DNA of 64,000 nucleotides from Atribacterota bacterium (GCA_040767965.1 JAXGNR010000005.1:128001-192000), one strand, 5' to 3'. Positions 8,300 to 19,598 are shown, numbered from the stretch's first letter. Notes: generated by a model from the sequence alone, not told the origin. Translations and numbers: made by a program.

Positions 8300-9383
8300 A
8301 ATAGAATTAAAATTTCAAAAACAATATGATTGTAAAATAATAATAAAAAAGGACATTCTAACAAAAATTGACCATTATCTAATTCCACTGCTGACAGGAA
8401 ACCATATTGTAATAATTACCAATAATTTGGTAAAGAATCTTTATGGAGATAATATCAGTAAAATAATTTCTAAGAAAAATATCACTGTTGACTTTATAGA
8501 AGTGCCTGATAGTGAAAGCAGCAAATCATTAACAGTTGCAGGTATGATTTATGATGAATTATTACAATTAAAAGCAGACAGGTCTACTGTTTTAATTACC
8601 CTGGGAGGAGGCGTAATTGGCGATTTAGGTGGATTTATTGCATCTACTTTTATGAGAGGAATTCCTTTTATACAAATACCTACTACATTGCTGGCTCAGA
8701 TTGACAGTAGCATAGGAGGAAAAGTTGCAATAGATCATTTTAAGGCAAAAAATATAATAGGGAGTTTTAATCACCCTATTGCCAATTTTATTGATCCGAA
8801 TGTTTTGATAAGTTTACCAGTCTCTCATCTGAAAAATGGAATTACTGAAGCAATTAAAATTGCCATAATATTTTCTCCAGATTTTTTCACCTGGATTGCT
8901 GAAAATCTAGATAAAATATTGCAAAAAGATGAAGAGTCGTTAGGTTTTTTGATAAAAGAAGCTGCTCAATTAAAAATTAAGACTGTACTGGAAGATCCCT
9001 GGGAAAAAAATCAACGACATTTTCTTAATCTGGGACATAGTATCGGACATGCAATCGAATCTGTTAAGGGATATGAGACTATTTCTCACGGAGAGGCAGT
9101 TGCCATGGGGATTGTGCTGGAAACAAGAATTGCTTACCAGAAAAGAATATGTAGCCTGGAAACCAAAGAAAAAATTGAGAATATTTTTCAAAAAATAGAT
9201 ATCCTTCCAGAAGTATGTTTGGATAAAGAAACTCTGGGGAAATATTGGAATTCATTGCTTTTAGACAAGAAAAATAAAAACGGAATAATTCGTTTTGTAT
9301 TGCCTGAAAAAATAGGTAAAGTGCAAATGTTTCAGCCGATATATAAAGAAGACCTGGAATTTGCATTTAACTCGCTTAGATAA
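8292..9383 (+). CDS. aroB: 3-dehydroquinate synthase
   Basis: GGGVIGDL, PTTLLAQIDSSIGGK, LNLGHSIGHAIE, HGEAVA, DKK. Confidence 0.96.
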   Translation: MNKIELKFQKQYDCKIIIKKDILTKIDHYLIPLLTGNHIVIITNNLVKNLYGDNISKIISKKNITVDFIEVPDSESSKSLTVAGMIYDELLQLKADRSTVLITLGGGVIGDLGGFIASTFMRGIPFIQIPTTLLAQIDSSIGGKVAIDHFKAKNIIGSFNHPIANFIDPNVLISLPVSHLKNGITEAIKIAIIFSPDFFTWIAENLDKILQKDEESLGFLIKEAAQLKIKTVLEDPWEKNQRHFLNLGHSIGHAIESVKGYETISHGEAVAMGIVLETRIAYQKRICSLETKEKIENIFQKIDILPEVCLDKETLGKYWNSLLLDKKNKNGIIRFVLPEKIGKVQMFQPIYKEDLEFAFNSLR

Positions 9384-9405
9384 AAAAGAAAAAAGAGGGA
9401 AAACA

Positions 9406-9849
9406 ATGAAAATTAATATTATTCATGGTCCGAATTTAAACCAGTTAGGCAAGAGAAAGAAAGAGCATTATGGAGTATTATCTCTGGAAGAAATTAACTG
9501 TCTGCTAGAGAAAAAAGCTGCCCAGCTTAATATTCAATTGAAAATATTGCAATCAAACTATGAAGGGAAAATAATAGATTTTATTCAACACTCTTCCCAA
9601 GAGGCTGATGGTTTGATAATTAATCCAGGTGCTTTCACTCATTATAGTTATGCGATTAGCGATGCTTTGGAAGACTGTAAGATTCCTGCTATTGAAGTGC
9701 ATCTGTCCAACATATATTCCCGTGAAGATTTTAGAGCAAAATCGGTAACAGCAAGATCCTGCACAGGTCAAATTGCTGGTTTGGGATATCATGGGTATTT
9801 GCTGGCAATAGAAGGAATGTATTTTTTAATTAATGGGAGGAAAGCTTGA
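9406..9849 (+). CDS. aroQ: Type II 3-dehydroquinate dehydratase
   Basis: HGPNLNQLG, INPGAFTHYS, IEVHLSNI; start moved to ATG 9406 (MKINII). Confidence 0.95.
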   Translation: MKINIIHGPNLNQLGKRKKEHYGVLSLEEINCLLEKKAAQLNIQLKILQSNYEGKIIDFIQHSSQEADGLIINPGAFTHYSYAISDALEDCKIPAIEVHLSNIYSREDFRAKSVTARSCTGQIAGLGYHGYLLAIEGMYFLINGRKA

Positions 9850-9863
9850 AAAAGGAGTATTTA

Positions 9864-10742
9864 ATGAATGAAGATAGTGATTTTAGTGAATTTAAAAGGA
9901 TTACAATTATAGGTTGTGGTTTGATCGGAGGTTCAGTCGGTCTTACTTTAAAGAAAAAAAAATACGCAGTTGAAATTGTCGGAATTGATCATGAACAAAT
10001 AATTGAGAAAGCGTCCTCGTTAGGAGCGATCGACTGGGGAACTACAGAAATTAGAAAAGGTGTTGAAGGAGCAGATCTGGTAATCCTTGCTACACCGGTA
10101 AAAGAAATAATAAAACTCATGACAGAGATTAAACCTTTTGTATCAGCTAATTGTCTTGTTACTGATACAGGAAGCTCTAAAGAAAGGATTCTAATAGAAG
10201 CGCAAAAAATATTTTGTGATAAATGTGATTTTATAGGGGGCCATCCAATGGCTGGACTGGAAAATGGGGGAATTGAATTTGCTCAAGCCGGTTTATTTTC
10301 TAACAAACCTTTCATTTCTGTTGAAAAAAAAGGAAATAAGCTGCAAGCCAGACAAAAAATGACTAATTTCATAAAAATGATAAATGCTATAGAAATAAAG
10401 TTAAGAGCTATTGAACATGATCAAATTATTTCCCTGGTCAGTCATGTTCCACAATTAGTTGCTATTATTTTTACTAACTTGTTTGGCCAGCTAATACAGA
10501 AAGATTTTTCTGAAGACTGCTATAAAATAGGGGGTAAAGCTTTTAACGAAATGACCAGAGTAGCAAGCAGTCCTTTTTCCATGTGGGGAGATATCTATGA
10601 AACTAACAACATATGGACAGTTGATTCTATTGAAAAAATAGAAGAAATGCTAAAAAAAATAAAAGAAAAAATAATTAAAAATCCAGAAGAGTTGAAAGAG
10701 GACTTTTTAGCGGCAAAATATTTTAAAGAGAAAATGTCTTAA
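9864..10742 (+). CDS. tyrA: Prephenate dehydrogenase (no C-terminal ACT domain)
   Basis: GCGLIGGS, DTGSSK, GGHPMAG, HD...SHVPQ, TRVA; ATG 9864 follows SD AAGGAG. Confidence 0.92.
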   Translation: MNEDSDFSEFKRITIIGCGLIGGSVGLTLKKKKYAVEIVGIDHEQIIEKASSLGAIDWGTTEIRKGVEGADLVILATPVKEIIKLMTEIKPFVSANCLVTDTGSSKERILIEAQKIFCDKCDFIGGHPMAGLENGGIEFAQAGLFSNKPFISVEKKGNKLQARQKMTNFIKMINAIEIKLRAIEHDQIISLVSHVPQLVAIIFTNLFGQLIQKDFSEDCYKIGGKAFNEMTRVASSPFSMWGDIYETNNIWTVDSIEKIEEMLKKIKEKIIKNPEELKEDFLAAKYFKEKMS

Positions 10743-10824
10743 AATTCTATTAATTTTAAAATATTAAAATAAATAATTACATTAATTAAAAAAATTAAAA
10801 GAATAAAAGAAGAGGTAGTAAATT

Positions 10825-11706
10825 ATGGATGAAAATAGTGATTATGAATATAAGATGAATAAAAAAATAGCTTTACAAGGAGAAATCGGGTCTTTTAGTG
10901 AAATGGCTGCTTTGAATTATTTTGGTTCTGCAATTGAAATATTACCCTGCAACAGTTTTGAACAGGTTAGCCAAAAAATGAAAGAAGGCATGGCAGAATA
11001 TGCGATATTACCAATTGAAAACTCTCAAACTGGTAGCATTAATAGTGTTCATGATATTCTTTTAAATGAAGATTTATTTGCAAATGGAGAGATTGCTCTA
11101 AAAATAGAACATTGTCTTATTACTCATTATGACGTTGTTCAGGAGCAAATTGAGAAAATCTTTTCTCATCCTCAGGCTTTAGCCCAATGTGAAAAATATC
11201 TTTCGCAAAAATTTCCGAACAGGCATATAATCCCAGTGTATGATACTGCAGGCAGCATCAAGCAAATCAAGGAATCGCATGATGTCAAAGCAGCCGGGAT
11301 TGCCAGCAGCAGGGCAGCAGCTTATTACGAAATGCAAATTATGGAAAAGGGAATAGAAGATAACCCGTTTAACTATACTAGATTTTTGGTTTTATCCAGA
11401 GATAGAAAGGAAAACAGAGAAAATAATAAAACATCTATTATATTTGCTGTAGTCAGTGTTCCGGGAGCAATTTACAGATGTTTGCAAGAATTTGCAATCA
11501 GAAATATTAATTTATCCAGATTGGAGTCCAGACCCAGCAGGAGAAGACCATGGGAGTATGTTTTTTATATGGACTTCGAAAAAGGAATACAGGACGAGGT
11601 ATCACAAGAGGCTTTAAATGCTCTTAAAAGTCATACAACATTTGTGAAAATTATCGGCTCATATCCTTCAACAGCAAATCCTTTAAATATGATCAGCTCA
11701 GTATAA
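10825..11706 (+). CDS. pheA: Prephenate dehydratase (PDT + ACT, no chorismate mutase domain)
   Basis: PIENSQTG, SHPQALAQC, NYTRF, LESRP, IIGSY. Confidence 0.94.
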   Translation: MDENSDYEYKMNKKIALQGEIGSFSEMAALNYFGSAIEILPCNSFEQVSQKMKEGMAEYAILPIENSQTGSINSVHDILLNEDLFANGEIALKIEHCLITHYDVVQEQIEKIFSHPQALAQCEKYLSQKFPNRHIIPVYDTAGSIKQIKESHDVKAAGIASSRAAAYYEMQIMEKGIEDNPFNYTRFLVLSRDRKENRENNKTSIIFAVVSVPGAIYRCLQEFAIRNINLSRLESRPSRRRPWEYVFYMDFEKGIQDEVSQEALNALKSHTTFVKIIGSYPSTANPLNMISSV

Positions 11707-11947
11707 AAAAGAAATAAAATTGATAAAACTAAATAACTTAATTTTATAATTATTTATTTAAAGATTAATTCAACTTTTCAGACGTTTCAATGTTCTTCAC
11801 TTTAAGCCGGCATGGATTTTTTATTATAAATGTTGTAATATATAGAACATCATCATAATATTTAATTATTGTTTTTTCTGTGTTATTATTATTTTTATAT
11901 ATTTAGATGAAAAAGTTAATACATTTTCGGGGGAATTTTTATTTCAA

Positions 11948-13663
11948 ATGAATACTAATAATCATGAATCTAAAGAAAAAGTTAATTTTATTCAAGCAAT
12001 TATAGATCAGGATAAAGAAAAAAATAAATATAATGGCAGAATTCATCTGCGCTTTCCTCCTGAACCAAACGGATATTTACATATCGGGCATGCTAAGTCC
12101 ATTTGTTTAAATTTTGGCTTAGCAGAAAAAAATAATGGGCTTTGTAATTTACGCTTTGATGATACAAATCCATCAAAAGAGGATACAGAGTATATTAATT
12201 CAATTATTCGTGATGTGAAATGGTTGGGATACGATTGGGGAGACCGGCTTTTTTATGCTTCAGATTACTTTGACAGAATGTATGAAGATGCTGTTTCTCT
12301 TATTAAACAAGATAAAGCCTATGTATGCGATTTAAGCCCGGATGAAATCAGGGAATATAGAGGGACTTTTATTAAAACAGGGGAAAACAGCCCTTATCGA
12401 AATAGATCTATAGAAGAAAACTTAAAGTTATTTCAACAGATGAGAGAGGGCAAGTTTGAGGATGGCTCACGAGTGTTAAGAGCTAAAATAGATATGAACT
12501 CACCCAATCTGAATATGCGTGATCCTGTTCTGTACAGAATAGTAAAAAAATCACACCACCGAACCGGAAACAAATGGCATATTTATCCTATGTATGATTA
12601 TGCTCATCCTTTAGAAGACTATTATGAGAACATAACTCATTCAGTATGTACATTGGAATTCGAAGACCACAGGCCTTTGTATGACTGGATTCTTTCAAGT
12701 CTTTATTCAACTGAACTTCCTCAGCAAATCGAGTTTGCCAGACTAAACCTCAGCAGGACTATCATGAGCAAGAGAAGACTTAGAGTATTGGTAGAAGATG
12801 GTTATGTAAATGGATGGGATGACCCTCGTCTGCCTACCATTTCAGGGTTACGAAGAAGAGGCTATACCCCTGAGGCAATTAGAAAATTTTGTGATCGAAT
12901 TGGAGTAGCAAAAACAAACAGTGTGGTTGATATTCAATTTTTGGAACACTGCATAAGAGAGGATTTAAATAAGAGTGCACAAAGAGTGATGGCTGTTTTA
13001 AATCCGTTAAAACTTATAATTGATAATTACCCGGAAGATTATACAGAAGACCTGGAATGTGAAAATAATCCTGAAGATCCTCAGGCCGGAACCCGCAAGG
13101 TCTCCTTTTCCAGAATTTTATACATTGAAAGAGAAGATTTTCATGAAGATCCTCCCAAAAAATATTTTAGACTGGCTCCAGGGAAAGAAGTAAGATTAAA
13201 AAATGCCTATATTATTAAATGTCATAACTTTGTAAAAGATGAACAAACAGGTGAGGTTAAAGAAATACATTGTTCTTATGACCCGGAAACCAAAAGTGGC
13301 GGTCCTGGCGCCAGCAGAAAAGTGAAAGGAACTTTACATTGGGTTTCTGCAAAACATGCTGTAAAAGCTGAAATCCGTTTATATGACTATCTTTTATTGG
13401 AAGAAAGAGATAATAAAGGAGAAGAGGGAAAAGACAATTTTACTGATTGCATTAATAACAATTCTCTGGAAATATTAAAAGACTGTCTGGTAGAACCAGG
13501 TTTGACCAATGCTTTTAAAGAAGATAAATTCCAATTTATGCGAAAAGGTTATTTTTGTTTTGATCCAGACTCAAAGCCTGACAAGTTAGTTTTCAACCGT
13601 ATTGTTACTTTACGAGATAGCTGGGAGAAAATAATAAAATCAAACCAGATTGGTGATAAATAA
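11948..13663 (+). CDS. glnS: Glutamine--tRNA ligase
   Basis: [41 protein letters not shown]. Confidence 0.96.
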   Translation: MNTNNHESKEKVNFIQAIIDQDKEKNKYNGRIHLRFPPEPNGYLHIGHAKSICLNFGLAEKNNGLCNLRFDDTNPSKEDTEYINSIIRDVKWLGYDWGDRLFYASDYFDRMYEDAVSLIKQDKAYVCDLSPDEIREYRGTFIKTGENSPYRNRSIEENLKLFQQMREGKFEDGSRVLRAKIDMNSPNLNMRDPVLYRIVKKSHHRTGNKWHIYPMYDYAHPLEDYYENITHSVCTLEFEDHRPLYDWILSSLYSTELPQQIEFARLNLSRTIMSKRRLRVLVEDGYVNGWDDPRLPTISGLRRRGYTPEAIRKFCDRIGVAKTNSVVDIQFLEHCIREDLNKSAQRVMAVLNPLKLIIDNYPEDYTEDLECENNPEDPQAGTRKVSFSRILYIEREDFHEDPPKKYFRLAPGKEVRLKNAYIIKCHNFVKDEQTGEVKEIHCSYDPETKSGGPGASRKVKGTLHWVSAKHAVKAEIRLYDYLLLEERDNKGEEGKDNFTDCINNNSLEILKDCLVEPGLTNAFKEDKFQFMRKGYFCFDPDSKPDKLVFNRIVTLRDSWEKIIKSNQIGDK

Positions 13664-13700
13664 TGCCTTTATATTACTATAAATACCAGGTTAAATATAG

Positions 13701-14861
13701 ATGAAGATTGCCTTTTTTACCAATTGTTATAAGCCTTTGATAAATGGTGTAGTCAGCAGCATTATTTCATTAAAAACTGCCTTTGAGAAAAAAGGTCACA
13801 GTACTTATATTTTTGCCCCAAAAGTAGAAGGATATACCGATGAAGAAGAAAATATATTCAGATACCACTCTGTTAATTTAACAAATCGGGTAAAATATCC
13901 TATCGCCATCCCTCTTTCGATGAGGGCGAGTAAGGTTATTAATGAATTTAAACCAGATATAATTCATCTTCATCATCCTTTTGTGTTAAGCATGCCTGCT
14001 ATTATGTATGCGGAAAAATTAAAAATACCTAAAATATTGACTATTCACACTCAATACGAAAGGTATGCATATTATATTTCTCCAATACCGCAGGCTATTA
14101 TACAGGAGGCAATTAAAAGAATAATATTTCACCTGGCAGATAAAATTGATGTTATAACTACACCTTCAGAGTCTATGAAAAATTTTATTAATAAGTACAA
14201 AATAAAAAAAGATATAGTTGTTGTACCTAATGCCATTAATTTAAATCTTTTTCAGGACAGGGATCAACAGGAATGCCATTCATTAAAAGAAAAATTTGAG
14301 ATAAAAGAGAATGATACTACTATTCTTTATGTAGGTAGAATTTCTCTGGAAAAAAATATAGAAAAAATCATTCAAGCTGTTGCACTGATTCATGAAAAAG
14401 GTATCATAAACATAAAATTATTATTGGTTGGCGACGGAACAGCTCTGGAACAGATGAAAAAGCTGGTTAAAACATTAAAAATAGATAAAATGGTTCATTT
14501 TGCTGGTGCCGTAAAGAATGAGGTTATTAAAAGTTATTATCAAATATCAGATATATTTGCTTTTACATCTACCTCTGAAACATTTGGACTGGTGATAATT
14601 GAAGCAATGGCTTCAGGTTTACCGGTATTGGCAGTTAAGGCTCCAGGTGCTGTGGATATTATCAGTGATGGTAAGGATGGTATCTTATCTGAAGATGATG
14701 TTGCTAATTTCGCAATTCATTTAGAAAAGTTAATAGTTGATAAAAATTTTAGGAATTATCTTTCTCAAGCTGCTCTTTTAACTGCAAAAAAATATAGTTT
14801 TGATTCTGTTGCTGATAAAATGTTAGAAGTATATCAAAGATTAAGCATGAACCGTAAATAG
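13701..14861 (+). CDS. Glycosyltransferase family 4 (diacylglycerol glucosyltransferase-like)
   Basis: YKPLINGVVSS, HTQY, VGRISLEKN, SETFGLVIIEAMASG. Confidence 0.88.
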   Translation: MKIAFFTNCYKPLINGVVSSIISLKTAFEKKGHSTYIFAPKVEGYTDEEENIFRYHSVNLTNRVKYPIAIPLSMRASKVINEFKPDIIHLHHPFVLSMPAIMYAEKLKIPKILTIHTQYERYAYYISPIPQAIIQEAIKRIIFHLADKIDVITTPSESMKNFINKYKIKKDIVVVPNAINLNLFQDRDQQECHSLKEKFEIKENDTTILYVGRISLEKNIEKIIQAVALIHEKGIINIKLLLVGDGTALEQMKKLVKTLKIDKMVHFAGAVKNEVIKSYYQISDIFAFTSTSETFGLVIIEAMASGLPVLAVKAPGAVDIISDGKDGILSEDDVANFAIHLEKLIVDKNFRNYLSQAALLTAKKYSFDSVADKMLEVYQRLSMNRK

Positions 14862-15059
14862 TTTAGGATTACATTTCTGCCAATCTTTATATTAATAGCT
14901 ATTTAAATCTATTTGAGATTCTCAAATAGATTTCTAAATTTTAAGGTAGAAAGTTTATTTATTACATTTTTTAAGCTAAAATCTTTTAGCGTAATACATA
15001 GTAAAAATATTATATTTTATGAAAATATAAATATAGAACATAATAATGGAGGAAAACGA

Positions 15060-16247
15060 ATGGTAAAACCATTACAGGGAATTCGCGTTTTGGATTTAGG
15101 GCATGTTCTTTCTATGCCGACTTGCACCATGCAACTAGCTTCTCTGGGAGCAGAGGTAATAAAAATAGAAAGACCTGGATTAGGCGATGACGCAAGAAGA
15201 TTTGGTCCTTTTATCAATGGAGAAAGCGGATATTTTATAAGTATTAATTGCAATAAAAAAAGCATAACTTTAGATTTAAAAAAAGAAAAAGGGAAAGATA
15301 TTTTTAAAGAATTAGTAAAAAAAGTTGATATAGTTACGGAAAATTTCAGACCTGGTACTATGGCTAAAATGGGTTTAGATTATGAAAATTTAAAAAAAAT
15401 TAATCATGGAATAATATATGCTTCTATAAGTGGTTTTGGCCATAAAAGTGTTGATAAAAAAAGGCCCGGTTATGATATTATAGCTCAGGCTGTTGGAGGG
15501 ATTATGGCTATTACCGGTTACCCGGATAGCCCGCCTACCAGAACCGGCTTTTCAGCTGCTGACATTTTTTCCGGAACATTTTCTACTATTGGAATTTTGG
15601 CAGCTTTGAGATACAGGGATATTACCGGAGAAGGGCAATCTATAGATATAAGCATGATGGATTCAGCTGTTTCAGTTCTTGAAAATGCTCTGGTAAGATA
15701 TACTTCCACCGGGATTTTACCAACCCGTATTGGCAGTCAACATCCTTCAATTACTCCTTTTGATGTATTTGAAACTAGAGACGGATGGGTTGTAATTGCC
15801 ATTGGAAACGACTCTCTTTGGAAAAAATTTTGCAAAGCAGCTAATCTGGAAATACTGCTTGAAAACCCTAATTACAGTACAAACGAAAAACGTACAGAAA
15901 GTTACCAGCAATTAAAGCCGATTATTTCCAAATGGACAAAAAATATTTCTTCTGAATCTATAATCAGTCAATTGAATGAAGCAGGGATTCCAGTTGGTAA
16001 TGTTAATAATGTAGAAGATATAATCCATGACCCTAATATTAAATTAAGGGATATGCTGGTAGATATAGAACATCCTGTAGCGGGAAAAATGACCATTGTC
16101 AATTCACCAATAAAATTGTCAAAAAGTGAAAATGTTGATGTTTCTCCTGCTCCATTACTGGGAGAACACACAACAGATGTTTTGAAAACTATACTGGGAT
16201 TATCACAAGAAAATATTGATAAATTAAAAAAAGAACAGATAGTTTAA
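15060..16247 (+). CDS. CaiB/BaiF family III CoA-transferase
   Basis: PLQGIRVLDL, LGAEVIKIE, NKKSITLDLK, ENFRPG, GYDIIAQA, APLLGEHT; start moved to ATG 15060 after GGAGG. Confidence 0.92.
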   Translation: MVKPLQGIRVLDLGHVLSMPTCTMQLASLGAEVIKIERPGLGDDARRFGPFINGESGYFISINCNKKSITLDLKKEKGKDIFKELVKKVDIVTENFRPGTMAKMGLDYENLKKINHGIIYASISGFGHKSVDKKRPGYDIIAQAVGGIMAITGYPDSPPTRTGFSAADIFSGTFSTIGILAALRYRDITGEGQSIDISMMDSAVSVLENALVRYTSTGILPTRIGSQHPSITPFDVFETRDGWVVIAIGNDSLWKKFCKAANLEILLENPNYSTNEKRTESYQQLKPIISKWTKNISSESIISQLNEAGIPVGNVNNVEDIIHDPNIKLRDMLVDIEHPVAGKMTIVNSPIKLSKSENVDVSPAPLLGEHTTDVLKTILGLSQENIDKLKKEQIV

Positions 16248-16356
16248 TTATAATAAAAACTATCTGGTACACCAGGACAGACTATATTTTTATTTTTTCC
16301 GTAATGCTATAATATATTTAAAATATTCATATTATAGATGAAAGGAGAAAAGTAAA

Positions 16357-17460
16357 ATGAGAAGACCAGATATGATGAAAAAAAAGATAAATATAATTAG
16401 AAAAGCTCTTTTAATATTAATATTTGCAACTATACTTGCTGTTAATTTGCTGGCTTTTTGCCAGGAAGAAGCAATTGAAAAAGCTACTTTTGCAGGAGGA
16501 TGTTTTTGGTGCATTGAAGCTGCATTTGAAAAATATGAAGGAGTAGTAGAAGCCGTATCCGGTTATATTGGAGGGCATACTATTAATCCTACCTACGAAG
16601 AGGTCTCCACCGGGAAAACCGGACATTATGAGGCTGTGGAAATACATTATAATCCGAAGATTATTAATTATCAAGAATTATTAGAGATATTCTGGCAAAA
16701 TATAGATCCCACTGATGCAGGAGGGCAATTTGCTGATAGGGGAAGCCAGTATTTAACTGCTATTTTTTATCATAACCAGCAACAAAAAGAATTAGCAGAA
16801 ATATCTAAATTAAAAATCGAGGAATCACTAAAATATGAAAGGGATATTGCCACCAGGATATTACCGGCAGCTGAATTTTATCCTGCAGAAGAGTACCATC
16901 AGGATTATTATAAAAAAAATTCTTTTGGTTATACATTATATAGTGTAGCTTCTGGCAGGAAAGATTATCTAGATTCAATCAAGGAGGATAATGTTATGGA
17001 AAGAGCTTGGGATCAAAATTATCAAAAACCAACAAAAGATGAATTAAAAGAAATGTTAACAGATTTACAATATGAGGTTACTCAGGAAAATGGGACTGAG
17101 CCTCCTTTTGAAAACGAATACTGGAACAATAAAAAAGAAGGAATATATGTAGATATTGTTTCCGGGGAACCATTATTCAGCTCTATAGATAAATTTGATT
17201 CTGGTACTGGCTGGCCTAGTTTTACCAAACCTTTAGAGCCGGATAATATAACAGAAAAAGAAGATAGAAGTTATTCGATGTTGAGAATAGAAGTAAGAAG
17301 CAGATATGCAGATTCTCATCTTGGGCACCTGTTTAATGATGGCCCACCGCCAACAGGAATGCGTTACTGCATTAATTCTGCTGCGCTGCACTTCATAGAA
17401 AAAGAAAACCTGGAAAAAGAAGGTTATGGGGAATACCTTGAGTTGTTCAATATTAATTAA
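16357..17460 (+). CDS. msrAB: Exported bifunctional methionine sulfoxide reductase MsrA-MsrB
   Basis: Basic + hydrophobic N-terminus; GGCFWC and AEEYHQDYY (MsrA); [21 protein letters not shown] (MsrB). Confidence 0.94.
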   Translation: MRRPDMMKKKINIIRKALLILIFATILAVNLLAFCQEEAIEKATFAGGCFWCIEAAFEKYEGVVEAVSGYIGGHTINPTYEEVSTGKTGHYEAVEIHYNPKIINYQELLEIFWQNIDPTDAGGQFADRGSQYLTAIFYHNQQQKELAEISKLKIEESLKYERDIATRILPAAEFYPAEEYHQDYYKKNSFGYTLYSVASGRKDYLDSIKEDNVMERAWDQNYQKPTKDELKEMLTDLQYEVTQENGTEPPFENEYWNNKKEGIYVDIVSGEPLFSSIDKFDSGTGWPSFTKPLEPDNITEKEDRSYSMLRIEVRSRYADSHLGHLFNDGPPPTGMRYCINSAALHFIEKENLEKEGYGEYLELFNIN

Positions 17461-17504
17461 ATTATTATCCCTTGAATTAATAAAAAATTAATTAATATTC
17501 TGAA

Positions 17505-17574
17505 TTGACTTTCTTTTTTTATGTTGTTATAATGTGTTAAAATATTAATACATTAAAAGTTTAATGGATTAAAG
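17505..17574 (+). promoter_or_regulatory. Promoter plus tandem operator array upstream of the YerC/TrpR-like gene
   Basis: TTGACT 17505-17510, TGnTATAAT 17525-17533, then TTAA at 17537, 17545, 17553, 17561 and 17569 (8-bp period). Confidence 0.7.
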
Positions 17575-17604
17575 AAAATAAATTAAGTCATTTAGGAGTA
17601 AAAC

Positions 17605-17907
17605 ATGGATAATTTCCCTAAATGGAGAAATGAAATGACCGATCAGCTTTTTAAAGCAATAATGTTGTTGGAAAATATCGGTGAATGTTACAGGTTTTTT
17701 GAAGATGTAGCTACCATAAATGAAATAAAAGAACTTAGTCAACGATTGGAAGTAGCCAGAATGCTCGATGAAGGTTTTATTTATGAAGATATTGTACAAA
17801 AAACCGGAGCTAGTTCAGCCACTATTAGCAGAGTGAAGAAATGCTTAAATTATGGCGCTGATGGCTATCAGCTAATTTTGAAAAAATTTAAAGAACAAAA
17901 AAAATAA
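17605..17907 (+). CDS. YerC/YecD family TrpR-related repressor (HisR-like)
   Basis: ECYRFFEDVATINEIKELSQRLEVARML...TGASSATISRVKKCLNYGADGY. Confidence 0.92.
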   Translation: MDNFPKWRNEMTDQLFKAIMLLENIGECYRFFEDVATINEIKELSQRLEVARMLDEGFIYEDIVQKTGASSATISRVKKCLNYGADGYQLILKKFKEQKK

Positions 17908-17922
17908 AAAATGGAGGAATGG

Positions 17923-18696
17923 ATGTATAAAAATAAAAAAATTGTAGCAGTACTTTTTAGTTTGTTATTTTTCTTTGCAAGCCTGGGCTTTTCTGCAGTA
18001 TGTGCTGATAAGGCTATTTATGTTAATGGGATAGATGCCGATTATCCTCCACATGCTTATGTAGATGAACAGGGAAACCCGGCTGGTTTCGATGTTGAAG
18101 CTTTGGATTGGATTGCTGAAGAAATGGGCTTTGAAGTTATTCATCAGCCAACGGCCTGGGATGGCATTGTGTCAAGTCTGTTAGCCAAGAAAATTGATAT
18201 GGTCTTCTCTGGAATGAGTATCACAGAAGAAAGAAAAGAAAGAGTTAATTTTTCGATTCCATACTGGTCAATCGATCAGGCTATTGCTGTGAATATGGAT
18301 TCTGACTTAAATGCCATAGAACTGTTTATGGGCGATTATTTGGTAGGCACTCAACGTGGTTGTACAGCTGCTATGTGGATTGAAGATAATCTGATAAGTG
18401 ACGGATTGTTTTCGAAAGATCAACTAAAGTTATATGAAGGTTTTTCTTTGGCTGTACAAGATCTTTTAAACCAAAGAGTAGATGCTGCAATGATGGATGA
18501 TGTTATGGTAGAGGATGCTATCCGTAAAGGGATGCCAATTAAAATAGTCGGGACTATTAAAACTGGTGAAGAATATGGTATTGCTGTTAGAAAAGATGAC
18601 AAGGAATTATTAGACTTAATCAATGAAGGTCTTAACCGGATAATGCATTCAACTAAATGGGATGAATTAAAAGCAAAATATTTTCAAGCCCAATAA
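17923..18696 (+). CDS. Polar amino acid ABC transporter substrate-binding protein
   Basis: Signal peptide; YPP, GFDVE, WDGIVSSL, SGMSITEER, FSIPY, YGIAVRK. Confidence 0.92.
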   Translation: MYKNKKIVAVLFSLLFFFASLGFSAVCADKAIYVNGIDADYPPHAYVDEQGNPAGFDVEALDWIAEEMGFEVIHQPTAWDGIVSSLLAKKIDMVFSGMSITEERKERVNFSIPYWSIDQAIAVNMDSDLNAIELFMGDYLVGTQRGCTAAMWIEDNLISDGLFSKDQLKLYEGFSLAVQDLLNQRVDAAMMDDVMVEDAIRKGMPIKIVGTIKTGEEYGIAVRKDDKELLDLINEGLNRIMHSTKWDELKAKYFQAQ

Positions 18697-18778
18697 AATA
18701 AAGTTAATAATTCAATAAAAATAGTGTGAATTAAGTAATTTAAATAAAAATAATAATCATGTATAACTAAATGAAAAA

Positions 18779-18818
18779 AAGATGGGGATATAGACCTATA
18801 AGTTTATATCCCCATCTT
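18779..18818 (+). terminator. Intra-operon stem-loop after the binding-protein gene
   Basis: AAGATGGGGATATA / TATATCCCCATCTT 14-bp stem with no long T run; partial terminator or mRNA stabiliser. Confidence 0.6.
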
Positions 18819-18919
18819 AATGAAAATATGATCATTGTAAAAATTAGCGCAGTATGAATAAATCATTATTAAATTATGGGATTGTTTGATTTATATTAAT
18901 ATTATGAAAAAGGTTAAAG

Positions 18920-19585
18920 ATGGAGAATTTTATAGTAATATATCAGGCTTTACCGTTTTTACTACAAGGCATTTTAACCACTTTGGGGCTGGTTTTAAGT
19001 TCCCTTTTTTTAGGTCTTGTAATAGGCCTGCCTTTATCGGTTGGTGAGGTATACGGGCCATGGTATCTAAAAAAATTAATTGGAATTTATATTTGGCTTT
19101 TCAGAGGATTGCCAATTTTGGTTCTTTTATTCTTATTTTATTATGGTTTGTTTAATCTGATAAACTTAAATTTATCTGCTTTTATTTCAGCTGTGCTGGT
19201 TCTGGGTTTACGAAGTTCGGCTTATCAGGCACAAATATTCAGAGGTAGCATTCAATCTTTAAGCCAGGGACAATTGCTGGCAGCACAATCTCTTGGTATG
19301 AGTAAAAATATGGCAATTTGGAGTATTATTCTGCCACAATCATTGAGGATGTCAATCCCTGGCTGGTCAAATGAATATCCTGCTATGCTGACCGAATCTG
19401 CTGTTACCTATTCAATTGGAGTGATGGAAGTATTAACAAGAGGGAACTTTATTGCATCAAGAACTTATAGGCCTATGCCAATCTACCTAACATGTGCCTT
19501 AATATTTTTATTTTTATCATACTCAGGCATGAAATTACTTCACATTTTAGAGGAAAAAGTAAGAATACCTGGATTTGAAGAGTGA
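18920..19585 (+). CDS. Polar amino acid ABC transporter permease
   Basis: FRGLP, SAYQAQIFRG, GQLLAAQSLGMS, IILPQ. Confidence 0.92.
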   Translation: MENFIVIYQALPFLLQGILTTLGLVLSSLFLGLVIGLPLSVGEVYGPWYLKKLIGIYIWLFRGLPILVLLFLFYYGLFNLINLNLSAFISAVLVLGLRSSAYQAQIFRGSIQSLSQGQLLAAQSLGMSKNMAIWSIILPQSLRMSIPGWSNEYPAMLTESAVTYSIGVMEVLTRGNFIASRTYRPMPIYLTCALIFLFLSYSGMKLLHILEEKVRIPGFEE

Positions 19586-19598
19586 AAGGTTTACCGGA

